NCBI GenBank assembly: GCA_964450175.1 | Contig: CAYVHH010000371.1 | Span: 1 to 39,508 of the forward strand | DNA length: 39,508 bases | Reading direction: 5' to 3' | Source: an uncultured bacterium | Lineage (GTDB): Bacteria > Methylomirabilota > Methylomirabilia > Rokubacteriales > CSP1-6 | Shown: piece by piece, positions 1-7,903 of the stretch | Numbering within the stretch: position 1 is the first letter of the stretch | Layout: each line of letters begins with the position of its first letter | Notes under the pieces: generated by a model | What the model saw: only the letters and a program-made list of their open reading frames with translations | The model's database searches: none | What the model was told of the DNA's origin: nothing | Position numbers and translations under genes: made by a program

Positions 1-978
1 CGTGTAGTACGGCGCTTTGTACTTCGGCTGGGGACCGGGATCGGCGCCGGTCGCGAGGCAGTACATACCGTAGGGGAAGTTCACACCCGCGTCGATCGCG
101 AGCGCGACCGACCCCCAGAGCCGGGGATTGATTTCCATCAGCCAGAATCGGCCGGTCGAGGGGTCGTACTTGAATTCGACCATCGCGACGCCGTGCCAGC
201 GCAAGGCGTCGAGCAAGGTCTTGGCCGCCTCGAGCAGCGGCGGCGGCGGCACGATGGACTTACGATAGAAGCTCCCGCTGCCCAGACCGCCGCCGGTGCC
301 CTCGTGGAGACGCTCGTGCGCGAAGTGCCAGATCAGGGTGCCGCCCGCGTACAGGCACTCCACGCCGATGCCGATACCCGGTACGAGCTCCTGCTCGAGC
401 ACCGGACCGAGTTGTAGCAGGCGCTGGAGGGCATCCCGTCGCTGCGCCGCGTCGTGGACCAGCTCGGGAAAGGCCTCGGCCAGATCGTCGTCGCGCTCGA
501 TCACGCTGCGGGTCGGCTTGAGCACGCACGGCGGCCGGCGCATCCGACCCTCCGTCGGCGTCATCACGAGCGAGGACGAGGGGACACTGATACCCAGCCC
601 GACCGCCGTGTCGATGGTTCGCGCCTTGTCGAGGGCGATATCCAGCGCGTCCGGCTGAGGCAAGACGGCGCGCTCGCGCAGCGTGTCCGAGTCGGCCAGG
701 CCGGCGAGATGATGAAGGCTATAGCCCGTCGCCGGAATGATGAGCGCGTACTCGTCCGGCAAGGCGCGGAGCCAATCGGTGAACCGGTGCGTGTCCGACG
801 TGGACGGCTGGGGGAGCGTTCGCGCCGCCCATCGCGAGTGAAACGCCGGGCAGTCCGAGCGCGCGGCCACGTGGACCTCGAGGCCCCGTTTGCCGAGCGA
901 TTGCACGGCCTCGACCGCGGCTCGGCTCGAGCCGTCGAGCACGAGCACGCGATCGAACGACGACGAGGACTCAATCAC
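1..978 (-). CDS. ATP-grasp domain protein (partial; C-terminus lies beyond the left window edge)
   Basis: Absent from the ORF track because it runs off the window. The reverse frame ending at nt 1 is open from GTG 978-976 (978 nt, exactly 326 codons). My translation reads VIESSSSFDRVLVLDGSSRAAVEAVQSLGKRGLEVHVAARS...LRWHGVAMVEFKYDPSTGRFWLMEINPRLWGSVALAIDAGVNFPYGMYCLATG. The MVEFK...LMEINPRLWGS block is the typical ATP-grasp C-terminal core. The start overlaps the upstream stop (GTGATTGA). Confidence 0.8.
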   Translation of the reverse strand, partial: MIESSSSFDRVLVLDGSSRAAVEAVQSLGKRGLEVHVAARSDCPAFHSRWAARTLPQPSTSDTHRFTDWLRALPDEYALIIPATGYSLHHLAGLADSDTLRERAVLPQPDALDIALDKARTIDTAVGLGISVPSSSLVMTPTEGRMRRPPCVLKPTRSVIERDDDLAEAFPELVHDAAQRRDALQRLLQLGPVLEQELVPGIGIGVECLYAGGTLIWHFAHERLHEGTGGGLGSGSFYRKSIVPPPPLLEAAKTLLDALRWHGVAMVEFKYDPSTGRFWLMEINPRLWGSVALAIDAGVNFPYGMYCLATGADPGPQPKYKAPYYT

Positions 979-1882
979 GTGCGACTCTCGCCAACGTCCA
1001 GGCCAGCTCCGACGGATCCCACTGGATGTGAACGCGCGGCAGCCGATGGGGAGCCGAAGCGCGCCCAACGGCGCGGTGCTCCATCGTCACGCCGGAGTCG
1101 AAGTGCCTGGCCACGGCCCTCGCCGCCCGCTGGTCGTGGCTTCCGTTCGGGTACGCGAAATGTCGCGCGTCGTATCCGAGCTTCTCACGCAGCATGGCCT
1201 TGCTGTTGGCCAGCTCGTCTTCCAGTCGCGCATCGTCCACGTGCGGCAGATCGACGTGCGTGTGCGTGTGGGAGCCGATCGTGATCAGCGATCGATCCAG
1301 CCGCGCCAGCTCGGCCCAGTCCATCAGGCCGAACAGCCGTTCTTCGTCCGTGGTGAAGGCGAATTCCGGCGTGGCATTCACGATCTCGTCCCACAGCGCT
1401 TCACGGCGGCTCAGTGGCATGGCTTTCAGCCCCTGCAGGAGCGCGGCGCACGAGTCGGCCGCCCCCCGCGAGAAGATCTCCTGCCGCCGGCGGCTCGACA
1501 GGCGCGCGAGGCGAGGCTCGAGCTCCCATGTCCACGTCGAGAAGGGCGTGCCGACGAGCGCCGGGCACACGTAGAAGGTCGCCGGCGCCCGCAAGCTCGA
1601 GAGCACTTCGTGTGCGACGGTGAGCTGATTGCGCAGGCCGTCGTCGAAGGTCAGGGTGACCAGGTTGCGGCACTTGCCGGCCCGCAAGGCGTCGAGATAC
1701 TCGTCGATCGACACGAGCGAGAAGGTCTGTTGCAGAAGGCGGATGATCGCCGCGAGCTGCTCGGCTTCCTCCTCCAGCACGATGTGCGCGGCGAGGATGA
1801 AGCTCGCGCCGTCGCGACGCGCCAGCGTGCTCGAGAGGCCAGTCGAATAGAGTCCTCGCTTGAGGCTGGTTCGAAGGGACAT
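971..1882 (-). CDS. Polysaccharide deacetylase (NodB-homology, CE4-like)
   Basis: 303-aa ORF carrying LTFDDG and GSHTHTHVDL motifs typical of the NodB domain. ATG at 1882 follows AGAGGG. Its stop overlaps the ATP-grasp start. Confidence 0.88.
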   Translation of the reverse strand: MSLRTSLKRGLYSTGLSSTLARRDGASFILAAHIVLEEEAEQLAAIIRLLQQTFSLVSIDEYLDALRAGKCRNLVTLTFDDGLRNQLTVAHEVLSSLRAPATFYVCPALVGTPFSTWTWELEPRLARLSSRRRQEIFSRGAADSCAALLQGLKAMPLSRREALWDEIVNATPEFAFTTDEERLFGLMDWAELARLDRSLITIGSHTHTHVDLPHVDDARLEDELANSKAMLREKLGYDARHFAYPNGSHDQRAARAVARHFDSGVTMEHRAVGRASAPHRLPRVHIQWDPSELAWTLARVARD

Positions 1883-2126
1883 CGCCCTCTACTAAGCCAA
1901 CCGATGCGCGACGAGACAATCAGGCAGGAACCCGGTCCGAGGCGCGAGGAAAACCCCGACGGCTCCATCGCGGGGGGCATAGTCCACGTCGGTGGGGTCC
2001 CCGACCTGGTTGCAAACTGAGCGATCCGGTCAAAGGCGAGCCAGTCCGATCATCCGTCCGTGTCACAGAAACTCTTGATCCGCTTGCGTTGTTGTTTCGG
2101 TATCAAATTTGCCACAGAGGTCTTCT

Positions 2127-2594
2127 ATGGGTGGTGGCCCCCAGCCCGGCAATGCACGGCGTCCGTCCATCGTGGCTCAGTACGCGGCCCAGGTGGCCCA
2201 GTGGCTGCGAGAGGAGCCCACGATCTCGGCGGTCGAGATCATGCGCCGGGCCCAGGCCCTCGGCTACAACGGGGGCAAGAGCGCGCTCTATGAGCTGGTC
2301 AGGCGAGTGAGGACCCTCGACGAGCGGCCGGGAGGATCCCGCCAGCTCATCGTCGTCTCACCGGATCGGGAGCACCTCTACAACTTCTTCAGACGGGCCT
2401 TCGAGGGCAACGCGACGGTCCAGATCGTCCTGGATCGGCGCGCCGAAATCCCTCAGGCGTCAGAGCCCAGGCCCGGCGGGCGCCGCCCGCGCAATCGCCG
2501 GTCGTCCGAGAGGACCGACGGGCTCCTGCGCGCGATCGGCTGGACCATCGTGCGCCTGCGCGGCCCGAAGATTCGACGAAGCCACTCCTCCTGA
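2127..2594 (+). CDS. Small chimeric protein: IS21 IstA-like HTH segment fused to an arginine-rich DRR C-terminal module
   Basis: The track ORF starts at TTG 2109. ATG 2127 sits 7 nt after AGAGG. N-terminal IVAQYAAQVAQWLREEPTISAVEIMRRAQALGYNGGKSALYELVRRVR resembles the second HTH region of IS21-family IstA transposases (pattern ...GY.G.YS.L...V...R). C-terminal RQLIVVSPDREHLYNFFRRAFEGNATVQIVLDRR...LLRAIGWTIVRL is paralogous to the C-terminus of the ORF at 29541-30110. Confidence 0.6.
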   Translation: MGGGPQPGNARRPSIVAQYAAQVAQWLREEPTISAVEIMRRAQALGYNGGKSALYELVRRVRTLDERPGGSRQLIVVSPDREHLYNFFRRAFEGNATVQIVLDRRAEIPQASEPRPGGRRPRNRRSSERTDGLLRAIGWTIVRLRGPKIRRSHSS

Positions 2595-2603
2595 CGCGCT
2601 CGT

Positions 2604-3782
2604 CTATCCTTCCGCCGGAACCGGATCCGCCGTCGCCAGGGTCTCCGCAAGCCGGCGGGCGGCCATGCCTCCGACCAGGGCCATCGCGAGCGTGATCACC
2701 AGGGCCAGCACGGTCGGCGCCGGTCCGGGCATCATCGGCTGAAAGGCTGGAGTCCGGCCGATCGTGAAGGCCCAGAAGGCGAACAGCCCCAGGGCGTAGA
2801 CCACGGTGGCGGTCATCGGCCGGCGTCGCGGGCCGACGGCGACCAGCAGCAGCACGGGCAGCAGCGAGAAAAACCGCGCGACGCTTCCGCCCGGGACGCC
2901 GCCGGGCGCGCCGCCGTTCTGCCGCGCGATCGCGTGGGATACCGCGATCGGCGAGGTCGGGTCCTTGGCGATCTCATCCTGGATCACCGAGACCGGCTGA
3001 ATGATCTCGAATCCGATCCGTGCGATGTTCGCGCCGATCGTCCCGATGCCGAGGCCGGCGATCAGCAGAACGATCGGTGTCCAGCGCCGGCCGCTGAGGC
3101 GCACGGCCGTGATCATCGCCAGCGGCAGGAAGAGCGCGCCGAGGATCGGAAAGGCGTAGAACCAGAGCCCGCCGTACAGATACGCGAGCCGGCTGGCGGG
3201 CCGGAGCCCGATCGAGAGAGCTCCGTAGAAGCTGGTGAGTGCGATCACCACACCGGCGAACCGCGCCCAGCTCGTCGCCGGGTACGCTTCGCGGGCGATC
3301 AGTGCGCATCCCAGCGTGTTGATTGCGACGCCGACCAGACCGAGAAGGTGCGGCGGGCTCCACAGCGTGACGTCGATTCCGAACAGGCGGTGCCAGAGGT
3401 CGTCGATCGGAGCGGCCAGGACGGTGAGCGCGATTCCACACGCCGCCAGGAGAAACCCGGGGGTCCCGGTGAGTCCGAGGACGCGCTCCGTCCCCTCGGG
3501 GGCGCGGCCCGCGAGCAGGTGGCGGAACGTGTCACGGGCCAGCACGCCGAAGCTGGCCAGCACGAGGATCGTCACGCCCGCATAGGTCATGACGTGCGGC
3601 GGAATCCAGAACGTGTCGCGGCCGATCCGCACGTGCCACTGGATGTCCCACTGTACGCCCCAGCCGGCGACGAGATTCGCCGCCAGCAGGACCCAGAGCG
3701 CGACCCGGTAGAGTCCGACGGAATCGATGCGCGTGTACGCAGCGGTCGAGCGTCCGAGGAGTGCGGTCGGTACGGAGCTCAT
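2604..3782 (-). CDS. Polytopic integral membrane protein of unknown function (duplicated WH...PPH motif)
   Basis: The track ORF (2604-4106) has a 108-aa Arg/Pro-rich extension that lies inside the TetR gene. The internal ATG 3782-3780 forms an ATGA overlap with the TetR stop. From MSSVPTALLGRS the protein is about 392 aa, with many hydrophobic spans. Confidence 0.75.
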   Translation of the reverse strand: MSSVPTALLGRSTAAYTRIDSVGLYRVALWVLLAANLVAGWGVQWDIQWHVRIGRDTFWIPPHVMTYAGVTILVLASFGVLARDTFRHLLAGRAPEGTERVLGLTGTPGFLLAACGIALTVLAAPIDDLWHRLFGIDVTLWSPPHLLGLVGVAINTLGCALIAREAYPATSWARFAGVVIALTSFYGALSIGLRPASRLAYLYGGLWFYAFPILGALFLPLAMITAVRLSGRRWTPIVLLIAGLGIGTIGANIARIGFEIIQPVSVIQDEIAKDPTSPIAVSHAIARQNGGAPGGVPGGSVARFFSLLPVLLLVAVGPRRRPMTATVVYALGLFAFWAFTIGRTPAFQPMMPGPAPTVLALVITLAMALVGGMAARRLAETLATADPVPAEG

Positions 3783-4411
3783 CGATGCTTCTCCTTCTCG
3801 CCAAGCGCGGCGCGCCCCACCGACGGCCGCAGATAGTTGCCCAGGCGGCGGAGGAAGCGCGCCTGGCGCTGCTGGAACTCGGCGTCGGACAGTCGTGAGC
3901 CGGTGACCATGCGCACGAGCTGCGGAAAGGCCTGGGGAAAGATGCTGAGCGCCATGAGGGCGAGCACGAGGTACTCGGCGTCGAGGTCCGGATGAAGCCG
4001 GCCCGCGCGCTGCGCGTCGCGGATGCGCTCGGTGCCCTCGACCCACGCCTTGCGGCGCTCGTCCTCGGCGATGGGCTTCCGCTCGCCGGCGCCCAGCGCT
4101 TCCCACTGGAGCAGCCGGATCCCGTCCACCCGCTTCGCGGCGCGCGCGAAGAGGAACGGCAAGAGATCGTCGGGATCGGCCGGCGCGGACGCGACTAGAT
4201 CGAGGTTCGTGGCCATCCCCTCGTAGAGCGTGGCGCGATAGAGGCCTTCCTTGTTGTCGAAGTAGTGGTACAGCATCCGCTTGTTCACGGACGCGGCGCG
4301 CGCGATCGCGTCGACCCGAGCGCCGGCGAAGCCCTTGGCCACGAACTCGCGCCGGGCGGCGCGCAGGATGCGCTCGCGAGTATGGACGGGGTCGCGGCTC
4401 GAAGTAACCAT
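3779..4411 (-). CDS. TetR/AcrR family transcriptional regulator
   Basis: TRERILRAARREFVAKGFAGARVDAIARAASVNKRMLYHYFDNKEGLY is a canonical TetR N-terminal HTH. I prefer ATG 4411 (MVTSSRDPVHTRERIL) over the track GTG 4480, because a TTGACA-18-GATACT promoter lies inside 4436-4465. Confidence 0.82.
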   Translation of the reverse strand: MVTSSRDPVHTRERILRAARREFVAKGFAGARVDAIARAASVNKRMLYHYFDNKEGLYRATLYEGMATNLDLVASAPADPDDLLPFLFARAAKRVDGIRLLQWEALGAGERKPIAEDERRKAWVEGTERIRDAQRAGRLHPDLDAEYLVLALMALSIFPQAFPQLVRMVTGSRLSDAEFQQRQARFLRRLGNYLRPSVGRAALGEKEKHR

Positions 4412-4453
4412 CTGGATACTCGTACCGAGGCCGGAAGTATCTGTCTGGTTACT
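4403..4453. promoter_or_regulatory. Pair of inverted 18-bp operator-like sites (probable TetR operators)
   Basis: Site A is AGTAACCATCTGGATACT (4403-4420). The reverse complement of site B (4436-4453) is AGTAACCAGACAGATACT. The two sites match at 14/18 positions. Site A is itself a 7/9 dyad. Site B fills the -35/-10 spacer and the -10, and site A covers the ATG. Confidence 0.5.
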
Positions 4454-4465
4454 TAAGGCTGTCAA
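4436..4465 (-). promoter_or_regulatory. Sigma70-type promoter of the TetR-membrane protein operon
   Basis: On the minus strand, TTGACA (4465-4460) is followed by an 18-nt spacer and GATACT (4441-4436). A perfect -35 hexamer is conspicuous in this GC-rich DNA. The promoter sits about 25-55 nt upstream of ATG 4411. Confidence 0.5.
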
Positions 4466-4551
4466 GCGGGAGCGGTTCACGTCGGAACCGGGGGAGTCGA
4501 GTGGATCGGGGCGGGCGGCGACGTCAGGCGGTCGTCACGCCGCGGAGGAGG

Positions 4552-4578
4552 GCCGGGCGGCGTGGGGGGCCGCCCGGC
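4552..4578 (-). terminator. GC-rich hairpin downstream of the SWIB-like gene
   Basis: GCCGGGCGGC (4552-4561) pairs perfectly with GCCGCCCGGC (4569-4578), giving a 10-bp stem and 7-nt loop. There is no U-tract. It lies between the SWIB-like stop (4590) and the TetR promoter. Confidence 0.45.
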
Positions 4579-4589
4579 TCCGCGTCAGC

Positions 4590-4763
4590 TCAGCTCTTGG
4601 TGGCCAGACCCTTCCGCTTCACGTAGCTCCAGAGCTTCTTGGTCATCTCGGCGGGCCCGATCGGCGTGGCACCGAACAGCGACTCCAGGCTGTCGGTGCG
4701 ACCCCGAAAGCTGATCGCGTAGCCTCCGAATGCGGGTTTCTTGCTGGCCGTGCGCTTCGTCAT
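4590..4763 (-). CDS. Small (57-aa) SWIB/MDM2-like protein, N-terminal half of the domain only
   Basis: ATG 4763 sits 6 nt after AAGGGGGA. The product MTKRTASKKPAFGGYAISFRGRTDSLESLFGATPIGPAEMTKKLWSYVKRKGLATKS matches the first half of bacterial SWIB proteins (..AF...S..L..I.G..P..R.E..KK.W.YIK...LQD). Confidence 0.6.
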   Translation of the reverse strand: MTKRTASKKPAFGGYAISFRGRTDSLESLFGATPIGPAEMTKKLWSYVKRKGLATKS

Positions 4764-4953
4764 CCATTCCCCCTTGGCTGCAAATTGAGGCGTGTCCACC
4801 CCCATGACTACCATGTGTGGTGGGCAAGGCCAAAGAAAACGGCGAGCCCTGGGGTTGCTCGGCGCGGCGCCGGCTGGACGATGTCCGGGGTCCTGCCGTA
4901 TGGTCGGGCCCCATGAAGGTCGCCCCGGTCCTGAGGATAGGGAGGCGCCGGCC

Positions 4954-5790
4954 ATGAGCGAATTCGGCGGACAGTGCGTGCTGGTCACCGGATGCGGGCG
5001 CGTGCGCGGGATAGGCCGCGCCCTTTCGGTCGCGTTCGCGCGGGCCGGCGCCGATGTCGTCGCGACCGATGTCGCGACCGGCGGCACGCGCAACGAGAAC
5101 GAGGAAGGGCTGGAAGAGGTCCGCCTGGGCTGGAAGGGGCTGGCAAGCCTGGCCGCGGAGATCGAAGGCCTCGGGCGCCGGGTGCTGACGCTCGAGGGCG
5201 ACGTGAGCGTCGCCGCTGACGCCGCGCGATTCGTGACCGAGGCGCTTGCGCGATTCGGCCGCATCGACGTCCTCGTCAACAACGCGGCCGCGCCTCACGG
5301 GGCCGATCGTCGTCTGCTCTGGGAAGTCCCGGAAGAGGCGTGGGACCTCGTCATCGACGTCAATCTCAAGGGCACCTTCTTGATGAGCCGCGCGGTGATC
5401 CCGCACATGCTGTCGCGCCGCAGCGGCCGCATCGTCAACATGGCGTCGATCTCGGGCAAGCGCGGCACGCCCCGCCGCGGCGCCTACACCGCGTCGAAGT
5501 TCGGCGTGATCGGACTCACCCAGACCATGGCTCAGGAGCTCGCGCCGCACGGCATCACCGTGAACGCCATCTGTCCGGGCAGCGTCGACACGAGCCGCCG
5601 CGAATCGACCTCACGCCGCGAGCGTGCGCTCGCCGAGCGCGACCCCGGAGCGGCGGTGCTCGGCCTTCCGCCGACGGGACGCGTCGCGCGACCCGACGAC
5701 GTCGCGCGGCTCGCGCTCTTCTTCGCCTCGGCGCAGAGCGATCACATCACGGGCCAGGCGTGGAACGTCGACGGCGGAGCCGTCATGTAG
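4954..5790 (+). CDS. SDR family oxidoreductase
   Basis: ATG 4954 sits 8 nt after GGGAGG. Motifs include VLVTGCGRVRGIG (a TGxxxGxG-like Rossmann motif), NNAA, and YTASKFGV (YxxxK catalytic motif). Confidence 0.9.
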   Translation: MSEFGGQCVLVTGCGRVRGIGRALSVAFARAGADVVATDVATGGTRNENEEGLEEVRLGWKGLASLAAEIEGLGRRVLTLEGDVSVAADAARFVTEALARFGRIDVLVNNAAAPHGADRRLLWEVPEEAWDLVIDVNLKGTFLMSRAVIPHMLSRRSGRIVNMASISGKRGTPRRGAYTASKFGVIGLTQTMAQELAPHGITVNAICPGSVDTSRRESTSRRERALAERDPGAAVLGLPPTGRVARPDDVARLALFFASAQSDHITGQAWNVDGGAVM

Positions 5791-5802
5791 AATCTCCCCG
5801 CC

Positions 5803-6984
5803 GTGGATTCCACAAGAGGCGAACGCCAGTCCGATGCGTCGTGGCGACACACGATCGCCGAGATGCATGCGTCCGGTCGTCAGGCGGTGCTCGCCATCAC
5901 CGGGGGCGGGAGCGGCGCGATCGCGGAGCTGCTGCGGGTGCCCGGCGGGTCACGGCTGCTGCTCGAGGCGCTGGTGCCCTACGATTCGCGGGCGCTGACG
6001 GCGTTCCTGGGCTTCGAGCCGGAGCAGGCGTGCAGCGTCGAGACGGCGGTGGCCATGGCGCAGCGTGCGCGTGAGCGCGCGGCGAAATTCGCGCCGCCGG
6101 GCGCTCAGCTGGTCGGCCTCGGCGCCACGGCGGGGCTCGTGACCGATCGGCCGCGGCACGGCGAGCATCGCGTCCACATCGCCGTCAGCACCGGAGCCGG
6201 CACCGACCACTGCTCGATCGTGCTGGCGAAGGGGCGGCGCGACCGGCCGGGCGAAGAGGACCTGGTGGCGCGTGCCGTCGTGTTGTGGCTGGCCCGCGCG
6301 TGCGGAGTCGCCGCGCCGTCGCCGCGCACCTTGCTGGAAGCCGACGAGCGCTACGCGGAGGCCGTCGTGCAGACCGGCGATCTGATCGACCAGCTCCTCG
6401 CCGGCGGGGTCTCGCGCGTGACGGTGTGGCCCGACGGACAGCTCGTGCCGGCGGCACCGCCGCCGAGCGTCGTGCTGCCCGGCTCGTTCAATCCGCTGCA
6501 CGCCGGGCATCTCCTGCTCGCGCGGGTCGCCGAGGACATCCGGCAGCAGCCCGTCGCCTTCGAGATCGCGGTGCTCAACGTGGACAAGCCGCCGCTCACG
6601 GCGGGCGAGGTGCGAAACCGGCTCGCGCAGTTCGCGTGGCGAGCGCGCGTCGAGCTCACCCGAGCGCCGACGTTCGTCGAGAAATCCCGGCTGTTTCCGG
6701 GCGCGGCGTTCGTCATCGGCGCCGACACCGCCGAGCGCCTGGTGGCGCCGCGGTACTACGGCGATAGCGCCGAGCGGGTGGCGGCGGCGCTCCAGGAGAT
6801 CGCGGACCGTGGATGCTCGTTTCTGGTGGCGGTGCGCGTGGATCGCACCGGTCGGGTGCGCTCGCTGAGCGACGTCGCCGTGCCTCAGCGGTTCGCCCAC
6901 CTGTTCACCGCGATTCCGGAGAGCCGGTTTCGTCTGGACTCTTCGTCCTCCGACATCCGGGCGCGGCGGCAGGCCGCTACCTGA
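5803..6984 (+). CDS. Two-domain protein: CinA/PncC-like domain fused to a NadD-like nucleotidyltransferase
   Basis: N-terminal AITGGGSGAIAELLRVPGGSRLLLEALVPYDSRALTAFLG...SVETAVAMA follows the CinA C-terminal pattern (TGG...L...PG.S.....V.Y.......LG...VS.E.A..MA). C-terminal LPGSFNPLHAGHLLLA (the (H/T)xGH motif) and SSSSDIRARR (an ISSTxIR-like motif) mark the cytidylyltransferase/NadD fold. The start is GTG 5803; ATG 5863 is an alternative. Confidence 0.78.
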   Translation: MDSTRGERQSDASWRHTIAEMHASGRQAVLAITGGGSGAIAELLRVPGGSRLLLEALVPYDSRALTAFLGFEPEQACSVETAVAMAQRARERAAKFAPPGAQLVGLGATAGLVTDRPRHGEHRVHIAVSTGAGTDHCSIVLAKGRRDRPGEEDLVARAVVLWLARACGVAAPSPRTLLEADERYAEAVVQTGDLIDQLLAGGVSRVTVWPDGQLVPAAPPPSVVLPGSFNPLHAGHLLLARVAEDIRQQPVAFEIAVLNVDKPPLTAGEVRNRLAQFAWRARVELTRAPTFVEKSRLFPGAAFVIGADTAERLVAPRYYGDSAERVAAALQEIADRGCSFLVAVRVDRTGRVRSLSDVAVPQRFAHLFTAIPESRFRLDSSSSDIRARRQAAT

Positions 6985-7903
6985 TCTCGACCAGCTCGAT
7001 CGCCTCGCGGCTCGGGCCCTCGATCATCACCGCGCGCGTGCTGCCGAGGCGATAGGGCTCTTCGAGGAACCGGACACTCTCACCGCGCAGCTTCGTCACC
7101 CAGCCGTCGAGATCGGCGACGCTGAGCGCGATGTGATCGTAGAGGTGGCCGCGGGAGCTCGCGAGCGGCCTGTCGTCCTGCCGCATATACCAGGGCAGCG
7201 CCACGTCGCCGAACACGACCGCGGCGGACGGCGCCCTGAACATGCCCTGACGCTCGAGCGCCGGCCAGGACCGCTCTGGCCCGCGCGGCACCTGGCAGGT
7301 GCTTGCGGTCATTCCCGCCGGACTGGTGCGGCCCGCGAACACCGGCGCGTTGAGATGCTGCTGATACCAGATCTGCGCGCAGAACGGATCGTCCTGGAAC
7401 ATATGCACGTGGTTGAAGCGCTCGGCCGGATGGTTGCCGGCGTACTCGACCAGGGCGTCGTCGGGGCCCAGCATGTAGCCGAAGCCTCCGCTGCGGGCCG
7501 GCTGGATCCCCTGCGCCTTGGCCTCCGCGATCTGCGCCTTCGTTCGCCCGGGCACGCCGCCCGTGCCCGGCCAGGTGTCGCTGCTGACAAAGACCGAGCC
7601 GCCCTCGTCCGTGGTGTAGAGCGGCAGGAGCTTGACGTTCCTCCGGCCGGTGTAGGTGTCGAGGCTCTTGCGCGTGTCGGTCACATGCCAGCCGAAGTGC
7701 CAGAGCGCGGTCTGCGGCGACGTCGGCGCCGCCGCGGTGACCGGCGTGAACAAGATCAGCACGTTGTTCGGCGCGGCGAGCGCCGGGAAGCCGCCCCAGC
7801 TCGACTTGGCGCTGGCCGGGAACTGCTGGACGTAGAACGCGATCGCTGCATCCGGGTCGACGGAGTTCAGATGGAGATGATGGAAGCCCGGTGCCGGAAG
7901 CAT
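6977..7903 (-). CDS. VOC (glyoxalase/bleomycin-resistance/dioxygenase) family protein, two-module
   Basis: ATG 7903 sits 7 nt after AGGAGA. FHHLHLNSVDPDAAIAFY and LYDHIALSVADLDGWVTKLRGESVRFLEEP are VOC beta-alpha-beta-beta-beta module starts. The 3' end overlaps the convergent gene by 8 nt. Confidence 0.82.
   Translation of the reverse strand: MLPAPGFHHLHLNSVDPDAAIAFYVQQFPASAKSSWGGFPALAAPNNVLILFTPVTAAAPTSPQTALWHFGWHVTDTRKSLDTYTGRRNVKLLPLYTTDEGGSVFVSSDTWPGTGGVPGRTKAQIAEAKAQGIQPARSGGFGYMLGPDDALVEYAGNHPAERFNHVHMFQDDPFCAQIWYQQHLNAPVFAGRTSPAGMTASTCQVPRGPERSWPALERQGMFRAPSAAVVFGDVALPWYMRQDDRPLASSRGHLYDHIALSVADLDGWVTKLRGESVRFLEEPYRLGSTRAVMIEGPSREAIELVEIR

Noticed and set aside
2060-2075. TGTCACAGAAACTC upstream of the IstA-like ORF, considered as a possible IS21-type terminal inverted repeat.
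   Set aside because: I could find no matching inverted copy downstream, no DDE or IstB coding sequence, and no target-site duplication. A TGT-initial sequence alone is not diagnostic.
3783-4106. A 108-aa N-terminal extension of the membrane protein ORF (track coordinates 2604-4106).
   Set aside because: The extension overlaps the TetR coding region in another frame and is Arg/Pro/Gly-rich. The internal ATG makes a canonical ATGA overlap with the TetR stop.
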